This document shows, piece by piece, positions 1-15,182 of a DNA stretch of 64,000 bases. The position numbers and the translations under genes were made by a program. The DNA lies in the NCBI RefSeq assembly GCF_041886205.1, contig NZ_CP169029.1. One strand, written 5' to 3'. Under the pieces are notes generated by a model. The model saw only the letters and a list, made by a program, of their open reading frames with translations. It was not told the DNA's origin and ran no database searches. The stretch is from Escherichia coli (GTDB lineage Bacteria; Pseudomonadota; Gammaproteobacteria; Enterobacterales; Enterobacteriaceae). The number at the start of each line of letters is the position of its first letter. Position 1 is the stretch's first letter.

Positions 1-257
1 ATATGCCATTCCCGCCCTTCCAGATGCGTCTGGAAAGCCTGAATGGTAAACAAACGGGGAGAACATTAACTTCTGCGGGCAAAGGTCGTCAGGCGGGAAG
101 TTTGTAATGCATGAAGCTGCCAAATGATGTCAACGTGGCTCATTTAGCAGCTTAACATCATCTTCAGTTATCACCGGCCCTGGAGAGTATCATCCATACG
201 CATTACTTCCAGACAACTCATCGCCGGAGAGACGATGAGTTGCAGGATTTCATATGA

Positions 258-1760
258 TCAGTCGAGAGCTAACTCAGGTTTGTTCGCCATGCGACTGCAA
301 TAGTTCTGGTAAATCGCCATCGCTAACAGCGAGAAGAAGACAGGGCCGCCAATCATCCACAATGTGCTGTCCCAGTCTCCGGCTTCAACCACAGGTTGAA
401 TGATGGTGAAGACGTTCGCAAATGTCACCACCAGTACGACAACCACTGTTGCGATCATTGCCGACATACGCGTTTTGAAAATCACAAACGGTCTGTCGAG
501 ATCCTGACGTGCTTTAAAGAATGGGAAAGCCAGCGCGAGGAACAGGTAAGGAAGCGTCATAGACACGTTCGCCATCAGCGTCAGTTTGTTAAAGAACGCC
601 GATGCGGTGCCACCGCCAAACGAAACCAGCAGGATGAAGACAGTAACCAACCCGCACTGCATCCACATGGCGATAGAAGGCATACCCATCGTATTCAGGC
701 GCGTCATCGGTTCCGGCCACAATGCTTTCGGCGTTCCCTGGATGATGGCTTTCAGCGGTGAATAGCAAAGCGTAAAGAACGCACCGGTATAAGCGAGGAA
801 CATCGAAAGCCCGGTAATACGCGCAAACCATACGCCCAGCGACAATGACGCTTCTGGTGACAAATGCAGTGCGTTACCCAGCGTCACCCCGAGGCTCTTC
901 ATCAGCACATAGGTAATATTGCCGAGGTTAACGGAACCATTACTTAATACCTGCTGCCAGTTTGTGCTGACGCCCCATAAAAATATTGCCAGCGAATAAC
1001 CGATTGAAATAACAATAGCGGCAAAAACAATACCTTTGGCAAAGTTCTTTTCTGGATTTTCCGTTTTATCGACCAGACCACCAACCGCTTCAATTCCGCC
1101 ATAGGCAAAAATGGCAAATACCACAAACGATAGCATTGCCAGACCGGACTGATAACCTGGGTTCGGTGATGCAAGGAAATTAATATCCTGCGCGAAATGC
1201 CCACCATTTAATAACAAAATAGTAATGCTTACTAACAGCAATACTAAGTTCAGACACATTACTGCAATACCGCCCACCGCAGTAATGCGGGCAATTTTAT
1301 TAATCCCCTTTGAAGCAACGACGGTGACCAGAATCATCCATGCCACTGCCAGCAGACCAACCACCTGCGTAGGCTCCAGTCCGGCAATACGCCAGTGCTG
1401 GGTCATGTCGCTACCATAGAGGAATGTTGAGAACGGTACCCAAACTTTCGCGGAGGTGCTCACCATCCAGATGATATAAGAGGAAAACCACATAAACGTA
1501 CCAATGAAGGCAAAACGTGGTCCGACACTATTATTCATCCAGGAATAGATACCACCTTCTTCTTTGCGATAAGCAGCTCCCATTTCAGCCATCATTAAGG
1601 CGAATGGAATAAAGAATAACAATGCAGAAAATATATAAAAGGGAATCGCACTATAACCCATTAAGTAATAAGCCGATGGGCTATTGGCAAATCCAAATAC
1701 GGAAGTAAAGATCATCAATATGAGTCCTATCAGACTCATCTTTTTTATCGTGTGAGGCAT
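258..1760 (-). CDS. yjeM: putative amino acid/polyamine permease (APC superfamily) YjeM
   Basis: 514-aa ORF; 500-aa product from internal Met (MPHTIKKMSLIG...); strongly hydrophobic multi-TM profile; synteny next to epmA. Confidence 0.85.
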   Translation of the reverse strand: MPHTIKKMSLIGLILMIFTSVFGFANSPSAYYLMGYSAIPFYIFSALLFFIPFALMMAEMGAAYRKEEGGIYSWMNNSVGPRFAFIGTFMWFSSYIIWMVSTSAKVWVPFSTFLYGSDMTQHWRIAGLEPTQVVGLLAVAWMILVTVVASKGINKIARITAVGGIAVMCLNLVLLLVSITILLLNGGHFAQDINFLASPNPGYQSGLAMLSFVVFAIFAYGGIEAVGGLVDKTENPEKNFAKGIVFAAIVISIGYSLAIFLWGVSTNWQQVLSNGSVNLGNITYVLMKSLGVTLGNALHLSPEASLSLGVWFARITGLSMFLAYTGAFFTLCYSPLKAIIQGTPKALWPEPMTRLNTMGMPSIAMWMQCGLVTVFILLVSFGGGTASAFFNKLTLMANVSMTLPYLFLALAFPFFKARQDLDRPFVIFKTRMSAMIATVVVVLVVTFANVFTIIQPVVEAGDWDSTLWMIGGPVFFSLLAMAIYQNYCSRMANKPELALD

Positions 1761-1978
1761 GAAACCATCCTTCATTTCAGCGCGTGTATAAAACGCGCCC
1801 ACTGAACTGCACTGCCCAACATTGAGCGGGCAGCGTAAAAACCAATACAGAATTGATACCTGGATGATATCAAATATCCAGTCTTAAATTGTGGCCTTTA
1901 ACAGAAAAATGAAAACATATGCTACAGAATGGCGCTTATCACGCCATTCTTCGCTGTTAATTCAGTAATTTTTCAGAA

Positions 1979-2956
1979 TTATGCCCGGTCAACGCTAAAG
2001 GCGATGACTTCAGCCAGTGTCTCCGCGCCCAGCGCCAACATCACCAGACGATCAACGCCTAATGCCACGCCGGAACAGTCAGGCATACCGACTTTCAAGG
2101 CTTCAATCAGATTCTGGTCAATGGGGTGCTGCGGCAAACCACGCGCCGCTCGCTTACGGTTATCTTGTTCAAAGCGTTGTTGCTGCTCACGGGCATCCGT
2201 CAATTCATGGAAACCATTCGCCAGCTCAATACCTTTATAATAAACCTCAAAGCGTTCAGCGACCCGATGATCTTCGGTACTGATTTGCGCCAGTGATGCC
2301 TGGCTGGCTGGAAAGTGGTACACAAAGGTCGGTTTTTCTTTACCAATATTTGGCTCTACGCCAAAGGTAAACAGCAATTGTAGCAACGTGTCGCGGTCTT
2401 CTTCGGTATCAGCAACGTTGCTCAAATCCAGTTTCGCTGCCACTTCCCGCAGTTGCGTTTTGTCGGCAGAGAGTGGGTCAATTTCCAGATAACGCAAGAA
2501 AGCTTGTTGATAAGAAAGGCTTTCTGCTGCCGGGCAGTCCAGCACCTGTTGTAAGAGATCGTCCACCTCGTTCATCAACCGGTACATATCATAGTGCGGT
2601 CGATACCACTCAAGCATAGTGAACTCAGGGTTGTGATAACGCCCCATCTCTTCATTACGGAAGCTGCGGCACAGCTGGAATACTGGCCCACAACCAGCAA
2701 CCAGCAGGCGTTTCATATGGTATTCAGGGCTGGTCATTAACCAGAGATTCATCCCCTGCGAATGCCCGGGGCCAACGAAACGTGTCTCAAACGGGACCAA
2801 ATGAATATCGGTTACCGTCGCCTGGCTCATACAAGGCGTCTCCACCTCCAGCACTCCACGATCGGCAAAGAAACGACGGATCTCCGCCATAATCGCCGCG
2901 CGTTTTAATAAGTTAGGAATGGATGCGCTCGGCTGCCAGGATGCCGTTTCGCTCAT
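1979..2956 (-). CDS. epmA: EF-P Lys34 beta-lysyltransferase (class II LysRS paralog)
   Basis: 340-aa ORF, 325-aa product from Met [10 protein letters not shown]...; class II aaRS-like motifs; synteny between yjeM and frdA. Confidence 0.9.
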   Translation of the reverse strand: MSETASWQPSASIPNLLKRAAIMAEIRRFFADRGVLEVETPCMSQATVTDIHLVPFETRFVGPGHSQGMNLWLMTSPEYHMKRLLVAGCGPVFQLCRSFRNEEMGRYHNPEFTMLEWYRPHYDMYRLMNEVDDLLQQVLDCPAAESLSYQQAFLRYLEIDPLSADKTQLREVAAKLDLSNVADTEEDRDTLLQLLFTFGVEPNIGKEKPTFVYHFPASQASLAQISTEDHRVAERFEVYYKGIELANGFHELTDAREQQQRFEQDNRKRAARGLPQHPIDQNLIEALKVGMPDCSGVALGVDRLVMLALGAETLAEVIAFSVDRA

Positions 2957-3133
2957 AGTTAAATCTCCAGTTTTTGACAAGGGCACGAAGTCTACTCGCA
3001 ACGCGACGGCGAGACAAATTTTACGCAGGAATAAAACAACGGTGGGCAGTGACTAAAAAAAGCACGATCTGATGGTTTAGTAATTAAATTAATCATCTTC
3101 AGTGATAATTTAGCCCTCTTGCGCACTAAAAAA

Positions 3134-3147
3134 ATCGATCTCGTCAA
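3134..3147 (+). promoter_or_regulatory. FNR-type binding site (TCGATctcgTCAAA) upstream of frdA
   Basis: near-palindromic TTGAT-N4-ATCAA-like motif about 135 bp upstream of frdA GTG start; frd is a classical FNR-activated operon. Confidence 0.5.
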
Positions 3148-3280
3148 ATTTCAGACTTATCCATCAGACTATACTGTTGTACCTATAAAGGAGCAGTGGA
3201 ATAGCGTTCGCAGACCGTAACTTTCAGGCACTTACCCTGAAGTACGGGGCTGTGGGATAAAAACAATCTGGAGGAATGTC

Positions 3281-5081
3281 GTGCAAACCTTTCAAGCCGA
3301 TCTTGCCATTGTAGGCGCCGGTGGCGCGGGATTACGTGCTGCAATTGCTGCCGCGCAGGCAAATCCAAATGCAAAAATCGCACTAATCTCAAAAGTATAC
3401 CCGATGCGTAGCCATACCGTTGCTGCAGAAGGGGGCTCCGCCGCTGTCGCGCAGGATCATGACAGCTTCGAATATCACTTTCACGATACAGTAGCGGGTG
3501 GCGACTGGTTGTGTGAGCAGGATGTCGTGGATTATTTCGTCCACCACTGCCCCACCGAAATGACCCAACTGGAACTGTGGGGGTGCCCATGGAGCCGTCG
3601 CCCGGATGGTAGCGTCAACGTACGTCGCTTCGGCGGCATGAAAATCGAGCGTACCTGGTTCGCCGCCGATAAGACCGGCTTCCATATGCTGCACACGCTG
3701 TTCCAGACCTCTCTGCAATTCCCGCAGATCCAGCGTTTTGACGAACATTTCGTGCTGGATATTCTGGTTGATGATGGTCATGTTCGCGGCCTGGTAGCAA
3801 TGAACATGATGGAAGGCACGCTGGTGCAGATCCGTGCTAACGCGGTCGTTATGGCTACCGGCGGTGCGGGTCGCGTTTATCGTTACAACACCAACGGCGG
3901 CATCGTTACCGGTGACGGTATGGGTATGGCGCTAAGCCACGGCGTTCCGCTGCGTGACATGGAATTCGTTCAGTATCACCCAACCGGTCTGCCAGGTTCC
4001 GGTATCCTGATGACCGAAGGCTGCCGTGGTGAAGGCGGTATTCTGGTCAACAAAAATGGCTACCGTTATCTGCAAGATTACGGCATGGGCCCGGAAACTC
4101 CGCTGGGCGAGCCGAAAAACAAATATATGGAACTGGGTCCACGCGACAAAGTTTCTCAGGCCTTCTGGCACGAATGGCGTAAAGGCAACACCATCTCCAC
4201 GCCGCGTGGTGATGTGGTTTATCTCGACCTGCGTCACCTCGGCGAGAAAAAACTGCATGAACGTCTGCCGTTCATCTGCGAACTGGCGAAAGCGTACGTT
4301 GGCGTCGATCCGGTTAAAGAACCGATTCCGGTACGTCCGACCGCACACTACACCATGGGCGGTATCGAAACCGATCAGAACTGTGAAACCCGCATTAAAG
4401 GTCTGTTCGCCGTGGGTGAATGTTCCTCTGTTGGTCTGCACGGTGCAAACCGTCTGGGTTCTAACTCCCTGGCGGAACTGGTGGTCTTCGGCCGTCTGGC
4501 CGGTGAACAAGCGACAGAGCGTGCAGCAACTGCCGGTAATGGCAACGAAGCGGCAATTGAAGCGCAGGCAGCTGGCGTTGAACAACGTCTGAAAGATCTG
4601 GTTAACCAGGATGGCGGCGAAAACTGGGCGAAGATCCGCGACGAAATGGGTCTGGCTATGGAAGAAGGCTGCGGTATCTACCGTACGCCGGAACTGATGC
4701 AGAAAACCATCGACAAGCTGGCAGAGCTGCAGGAACGCTTCAAGCGCGTGCGCATCACCGACACTTCCAGCGTGTTCAACACCGACCTGCTCTACACCAT
4801 TGAACTGGGCCACGGTCTGAACGTTGCTGAATGTATGGCACACTCCGCAATGGCACGTAAAGAGTCCCGCGGCGCACACCAGCGTCTGGACGAAGGTTGC
4901 ACCGAGCGTGACGACGTCAACTTCCTCAAACACACCCTCGCCTTCCGCGATGCTGATGGCACGACTCGCCTGGAGTACAGCGACGTGAAGATTACTACGC
5001 TGCCGCCAGCTAAACGCGTTTACGGTGGCGAAGCGGATGCAGTCGATAAGGCGGAAGCAGCCAATAAGAAGGAGAAGGCGA

Positions 5082-5089
<8 letters not shown>
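3281..5089 (+). CDS. frdA: fumarate reductase flavoprotein subunit
   Basis: 602-aa ORF, GTG start; N-terminal FAD-binding GxGxxG ([12 protein letters not shown]). Confidence 0.97.
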
Positions 5090-6222
<1,133 letters not shown>

Positions 6223-6232
6223 GGAGCCTGAG

Positions 6233-7788
<1,556 letters not shown>

Positions 7789-7876
7789 AATTTCATCGGG
7801 TCCGAATTTTCGGACCTTTTCTGCGCTTTTCCTTGCTGTCATCTACACTTAGAAAAAAACCAGTAAGGAAACATTT

Positions 7877-8410
7877 ATGCGCCTGCTCCCTCTCGTTGCC
7901 GCAGCGACAGCTGCATTTCTGGTCGTTGCCTGCAGTTCTCCTACGCCGCCGCGTGGCGTGACAGTAGTGAATAATTTCGACGCTAAACGCTATCTCGGTA
8001 CCTGGTATGAGATTGCCCGTTTTGATCACCGTTTTGAACGTGGACTGGAAAAAGTCACCGCAACATACAGTCTGCGTGATGACGGCGGCCTGAATGTCAT
8101 CAATAAAGGCTATAACCCTGACAGAGAAATGTGGCAGCAGAGTGAAGGGAAAGCGTACTTTACCGGCGCACCAACACGCGCTGCGCTGAAAGTGTCATTC
8201 TTTGGTCCTTTCTATGGCGGTTATAACGTCATTGCACTTGATCGGGAATACCGCCATGCGCTGGTTTGCGGCCCGGACCGCGACTACCTGTGGATACTCT
8301 CCCGCATGCCAACCATTTCTGACGAAGTGAAACAGGAGATGCTGGCAGTCGCGACCCGGGAAGGGTTTGATGTCAGTAAGTTTATTTGGGTACAGCAGCC
8401 CGGTAGTTAG
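7877..8410 (+). CDS. blc: outer-membrane lipocalin Blc
   Basis: 177 aa; lipoprotein signal with lipobox (VVAC); lipocalin fold sequence; synteny. Confidence 0.93.
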   Translation: MRLLPLVAAATAAFLVVACSSPTPPRGVTVVNNFDAKRYLGTWYEIARFDHRFERGLEKVTATYSLRDDGGLNVINKGYNPDREMWQQSEGKAYFTGAPTRAALKVSFFGPFYGGYNVIALDREYRHALVCGPDRDYLWILSRMPTISDEVKQEMLAVATREGFDVSKFIWVQQPGS

Positions 8411-8724
8411 TGAGTGCTGAGTTTCAGACCAATAATCCCCAATACGATTAACGCCAGACTCGCCAGGCGCATCGGGTTAGCGGACTCACCGAGCAGCACA
8501 ATGCCGGTGATAGCCGCGCCGACTGCGCCAATACCCGTCCACACGGCATAAGCCGTCCCTACTGGTAACGATTTCATCGCCCAGGCAAGTAGCGCCATAC
8601 TGACAATCATCGCCGTCACGGTAATAACACTCGGCGTCAAACGACTAAAGCCGTGGGTATATTTCAGGCCAACGGCCCATACCACTTCCAGCAGACCAGC
8701 AATAACTAAGATAATCCAGGACAT
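8407..8724 (-). CDS. gdx: SMR-family guanidinium exporter Gdx (SugE)
   Basis: 105 aa from [14 protein letters not shown]...; four-TM SMR protein; remainder of the 155-aa ORF is leader. Confidence 0.93.
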   Translation of the reverse strand: MSWIILVIAGLLEVVWAVGLKYTHGFSRLTPSVITVTAMIVSMALLAWAMKSLPVGTAYAVWTGIGAVGAAITGIVLLGESANPMRLASLALIVLGIIGLKLSTH

Positions 8725-8739
8725 ATCAGGCTCCGGAGA

Positions 8740-8790
8740 ATTGGGGCCGTCCCCGGTGAAAAGACGCGTTTGCAGGTCGTCCTGCAAAGC
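8740..8790 (-). promoter_or_regulatory. guanidine-II (mini-ykkC) riboswitch in gdx 5' leader
   Basis: two hairpins with ACGR tetraloops on the mRNA strand: GCAGG-ACGA-CCTGC (8772-8785) and GGGG-ACGG-CCCC (8743-8754), just upstream of a GGAG SD and the gdx ATG. Confidence 0.7.
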
Positions 8791-8905
8791 TGATGGTTGA
8801 ACGGATATTTTGCCAGGTGGCAGGGGAATTTCAACTATTACCTTAGTGACTATCGCAGAAAAAACAAACGGCACGACATAGCTGTCGTACCGTTATTGCT
8901 TATTG

Positions 8906-9052
8906 CTATTGCTGCGCTTTCGTTGCTGCGCCAGAAATCGCGTTACCGCCATCAGAAATGTCTTCACCAACGCCACGCGTGGTGTTGCAGGCAGTTAATA
9001 CTGTTGAAAGCACCAGAACAGAAAAGATCGCTGCAATTGTCTTCTTCACCAT
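8906..9052 (-). CDS. ecnB: entericidin B lipoprotein (bacteriolytic)
   Basis: 48-aa [51 protein letters not shown], hand-translated; below ORF-track size cut-off. Confidence 0.85.
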
Positions 9053-9162
9053 AACGTCTTCCTTTTAGGTAATGTTATTTATGTTTGCCTATAGCAAATT
9101 AATAATAGACAACATCGCCAAAAATGACGGAAATCTGATGATTTTTCGGAAGAGAAGAAAAA

Positions 9163-9288
9163 TTAGCTGGCAGCGCGAGAGATGGAGTTGCCGAGATGTT
9201 TGATGTCTTCGCCGAAACCGCGAGCGGTGTTACAGCCCGTGAGCAGCGTGCTGGCAAGCAAAACAAGAACGATAAGGCGTTTCATCAT
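9163..9288 (-). CDS. ecnA: entericidin A lipoprotein (antidote)
   Basis: 41-aa [44 protein letters not shown], hand-translated; paralog of ecnB. Confidence 0.85.
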   Translation of the reverse strand: MMKRLIVLVLLASTLLTGCNTARGFGEDIKHLGNSISRAAS

Positions 9289-9339
9289 CTCTGACCTGAA
9301 TAAGTGATGGTGCAGCCTGCAGGCCGCACCACAACCGCA

Positions 9340-9906
9340 TTACTTCACGCGAGAGACGTATTCACCAGAGCGGGTATCCACTTTGATGACTTCGCCGATT
9401 TGTACGAACAGCGGAACTTTAACCACTGCGCCAGTAGACAGGGTAGCCGGTTTGCCGCCAGTACCTGCGGTATCACCTTTCAGGCCCGGATCGGTATCAA
9501 CGATTTCCAGTTCAACGAAGTTCGGCGGAGTAACGGAGATCGGCTGACCATTCCACAGAGTTACGATACACTCTGCCTGATCCAGCAGCCATTTAGCGTT
9601 GTCGCCAATTGCTTTTGCGTCAGCAGACAGCTGCTCGAAAGTTTCGTTGTTCATGAAGTGCCAGAACTCACCGTCGTTGTACAGGTAAGTCAGGTTCATA
9701 TCGACAACATCAGCGCCTTCAGCGGAATCAGTAGATTTGAAGGTTTTTTCTACGCGAGTACCGGTCAGCAGACGACGCAGTTTAACGCGAGCAAATGCCT
9801 GGCCTTTACCCGGTTTTACGAATTCACTCGCTTCAACCGCGTAAGGTTCGCCGTCTAACATGATTTTAAGACCAGCACGAAAATCGTTGCTATAGTACGT
9901 TGCCAT
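9340..9906 (-). CDS. efp: translation elongation factor P
   Basis: 188-aa ORF; conserved KPGKGQA loop with the modified Lys34. Confidence 0.97.
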
Positions 9907-9947
9907 AAGGCCCTCTGAAATTTGTTAATTGGTAGCTAAGCCACAAA

Positions 9948-10976
9948 ATGGCGCATATTGTAACCCTAAATACCCCATCCAGAGAAGATTGGTTAACGCA
10001 ACTTGCCGATGTTGTGACCGATCCTGATGAACTTCTGCGTCTTTTGAATATAGACGCGGACGAAAAACTGTTGGCCGGACGCAACGCCAAAAAGCTGTTT
10101 GCCCTGCGTGTGCCCCGCTCATTTATCGATCGCATGGAGAAAGGCAATCCGGACGATCCGCTTTTGCGTCAGGTACTTACCTCGCAAGATGAGTTTGCCA
10201 TCGCGCCCGGATTCTCCACCGACCCGCTGGAAGAACAGCACAGCGTAGTGCCTGGTTTGTTGCATAAATACCACAACCGGGCGCTTTTGCTGGTCAAAGG
10301 CGGCTGCGCGGTAAATTGCCGTTATTGCTTCCGTCGCCACTTCCCTTATGCCGAAAATCAGGGCAACAAGCGTAACTGGCAAACTGCACTTGAGTATGTT
10401 GCTGCGCATCCGGAACTGGACGAGATGATTTTCTCCGGCGGCGATCCGCTGATGGCGAAAGATCACGAGCTGGACTGGTTGCTCACACAACTGGAAGCCA
10501 TCCCGCATATCAAACGTCTGCGGATTCACAGTCGTCTGCCGATTGTGATCCCGGCACGCATCACAGATGCGCTGGTTGAACGCTTTTCACATTCTACGCT
10601 GCAAATCTTGCTGGTGAATCACATCAACCATGCCAATGAGATAGATGAAACATTCCGTCAGGCGATGGCTAAGTTGCGCCGGGCGGGCGTTACTTTGCTG
10701 AACCAGAGCGTTCTGTTACGTGGTGTGAACGATAACGCACAAACGCTGGCAAACCTGAGTAATGCGTTGTTCGATGCCGGCGTGATGCCGTATTACCTGC
10801 ATGTGCTCGATAAAGTACAGGGCGCGGCGCATTTTATGGTGAGTGATGACGAAGCACGGCAGATTATGCGTGAGTTGCTGACACTGGTGTCCGGATATCT
10901 GGTGCCGAAACTGGCGCGAGAAATTGGCGGCGAACCCAGCAAAACGCCGCTGGATCTCCAGCTACGCCAGCAGTAA
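9948..10976 (+). CDS. epmB: EF-P lysine 2,3-aminomutase (radical SAM)
   Basis: 342-aa ORF; CxxxCxxC radical-SAM motif (CAVNCRYCFRRHF); divergent from efp. Confidence 0.95.
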   Translation: MAHIVTLNTPSREDWLTQLADVVTDPDELLRLLNIDADEKLLAGRNAKKLFALRVPRSFIDRMEKGNPDDPLLRQVLTSQDEFAIAPGFSTDPLEEQHSVVPGLLHKYHNRALLLVKGGCAVNCRYCFRRHFPYAENQGNKRNWQTALEYVAAHPELDEMIFSGGDPLMAKDHELDWLLTQLEAIPHIKRLRIHSRLPIVIPARITDALVERFSHSTLQILLVNHINHANEIDETFRQAMAKLRRAGVTLLNQSVLLRGVNDNAQTLANLSNALFDAGVMPYYLHVLDKVQGAAHFMVSDDEARQIMRELLTLVSGYLVPKLAREIGGEPSKTPLDLQLRQQ

Positions 10977-11008
10977 CTGATTAAACAGGGAAGTCAAAAA
11001 TTAAAATT

Positions 11009-11112
<104 letters not shown>

Positions 11113-11370
11113 CAACAAACGCAAGTACAGCAACCTGTCATTAAACTGGGAAGTTTAATCTTTGCCCGTTGCATAACCTTTAATTATTCATATGCATTGC
11201 TGTTGTTACTTTTTATATAGCTAACACCAATAATTAACCTTTCTTTTCTGTTTATATAGAGTGAGCACGGCTATTTATGTTATTTTAACAACTATTACTA
11301 CCAAGCCCATTTATCTGGCTTATAAATTAAAATTAATTATTTAATTGAGAAATGGTTAGGGAGAACCTAC

Positions 11371-12240
11371 ATGGCCATAAGCATCAAGGGTGTTAATACC
11401 GGTGTTATTCGCAAGAGTAATAATTTCATTGCAATGGCGCTGAAAATTAAAGAACCTCGCAATAAAGAATCGTTGTTCTTTATGTCTGTCATGGAACTGC
11501 GCGACCTGCTGATTGCGCTGGAAAGTCGTCTGCATCAAAAGCATAAACTGGATGCTGCTGCACGCCTTCAGTATGAGCAAGCTCGCGATAAAGTCATTAA
11601 GAAAATGGCAGAAAACATCCCAGAAATTCTGGTTGATGAGCTTAAAAATGCCGATATTAATCGTCGGGTTAACACGCTGGAACTTACCGATAATCAAGGC
11701 GAAAATCTTACCTTCGTATTAACGCTACATGACGGTAGCAAATGTGAGTTAGTCGTCAATGAGTTGCAGATTGAAATGCTGGCGCGAGCAATCATTCATG
11801 CAATTAATAATGCGGAAATGCGTGAACTGGCATTACGTATTACCTCACTGTTAGATTTCCTGCCGTTATATGACGTTGACTGCCAGGAAAATGGCAATCT
11901 GGAATATGACACCTATTCCCAACCGGAATGGAAACATAACCTGTTCGACCATTATCTGGCGGTGCTTTACCGCTTTAAAGATGAAAGTGGCAAAGAACAA
12001 TTTAGCGGCGCAGTGGTGAAAACGCGTGAAGCAACGCCGGGTAAAGAAATAGAGGCGATCACTCGCCGAATGCTTGATTTCAGCCCACGACTGAAAAAAC
12101 TCGCGGGTGTGCCATGTCAGGTCTATGTTCGCACCGTAGCGGCGAATAACGCCCAACCGCTAACCCAGGATCAATGCTTACGCGCGCTGCATCACTTACG
12201 TGTTCAATCCACCAGCAAAACTGCACCACAGGCGAAATAA
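11371..12240 (+). CDS. yjeJ: uncharacterized protein YjeJ
   Basis: 289-aa ORF; AT-rich gene with very AT-rich upstream region; synteny between epmB and yjeI. Confidence 0.8.
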   Translation: MAISIKGVNTGVIRKSNNFIAMALKIKEPRNKESLFFMSVMELRDLLIALESRLHQKHKLDAAARLQYEQARDKVIKKMAENIPEILVDELKNADINRRVNTLELTDNQGENLTFVLTLHDGSKCELVVNELQIEMLARAIIHAINNAEMRELALRITSLLDFLPLYDVDCQENGNLEYDTYSQPEWKHNLFDHYLAVLYRFKDESGKEQFSGAVVKTREATPGKEIEAITRRMLDFSPRLKKLAGVPCQVYVRTVAANNAQPLTQDQCLRALHHLRVQSTSKTAPQAK

Positions 12241-12299
12241 TCTCATCTTTGCTAATGCGAGGCTGGAGCCATCCAGCCTGAAATGACTGATAACGTGAT

Positions 12300-12400
<101 letters not shown>

Positions 12401-12432
12401 CCTCTGGCAATTATACGTTTGTCACCATCACA

Positions 12433-12786
12433 TCAGTTCGGGCACTTATAAACCTGACCGATAATCTGGCTATCCGTCGGGACAAAACTGGACAACATTC
12501 CCTGCGACGGGCTGCTGATGCCATAAATCACGTTACCGCCCATTGCAGCCGCCTGGTTGCGCAGATCGTTTGCTGCGCCGCGCATAGAACCGCCCTCTTC
12601 TCCGTGTTGCCCGGAAAGCCAGTTGCTTTGCTTACCTGTCGCAGTACCAATCAGCTGGCACTCTGCGCCTGGCTGCTCGTCCACAATGCGTACACTCTGA
12701 CCGGCAGCACTCAATTCGTTGCTGGAGCTACAACCCGCCATCAGTAGCGCGGCACCGACAATCCCTGATAAGTATTTTACGTGCAT
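12433..12786 (-). CDS. yjeI: uncharacterized lipoprotein YjeI
   Basis: 117 aa from MHVKYLSGIVGAALLMAGCSS; lipobox; synteny next to groL. Confidence 0.85.
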   Translation of the reverse strand: MHVKYLSGIVGAALLMAGCSSSNELSAAGQSVRIVDEQPGAECQLIGTATGKQSNWLSGQHGEEGGSMRGAANDLRNQAAAMGGNVIYGISSPSQGMLSSFVPTDSQIIGQVYKCPN

Positions 12787-12923
12787 GTTATTCCCCATAA
12801 TCAATGAGCTGGACGCCACTCGCGTCGTCCGTGTCTGAATCTTATACTAGAAAGATGACCAAAAGAAAAACCCCCAGACATTTCTGCCCGGGGGTTTGTT
12901 TATTTCTGCGAGGTGCAGGGCAA

Positions 12924-14582
<1,659 letters not shown>

Positions 14583-14613
14583 TTAAATTCGTATGTTCAG
14601 TGTCGTGCGAGGA

Positions 14614-14958
<345 letters not shown>

Positions 14959-14984
14959 TTACGTGGTTTCCCGGCTGGTGACCA

Positions 14985-15020
14985 GAGAAATGGGGATGAG
15001 GATTCGCCCCTTCAAGGGGG
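14985..15020 (-). promoter_or_regulatory. sigma-32 heat-shock promoter of groSL
   Basis: on the minus strand CCCCTTGAA (-35) and CCCCATTT (-10) with correct spacing, about 80-110 bp upstream of groS. Confidence 0.75.
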
Positions 15021-15182
15021 AAAAAGAAAAAAAATTCTGATCAGCACAAAATCGGGTGAAAACCCTGATTCACCTCACATTTCATCGCAATTTCTTCATC
15101 GCCGTCATAAGCGAATCTGATTGTGCTACCATCGAAAATCTACGCAGTTGCCCAAAATTTGGGCGCAATCGGATATCAACCC

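Noticed and set aside
3932-4933. 333-aa ORF on the minus strand
   Set aside because: Antisense to frdA; shadow ORF.
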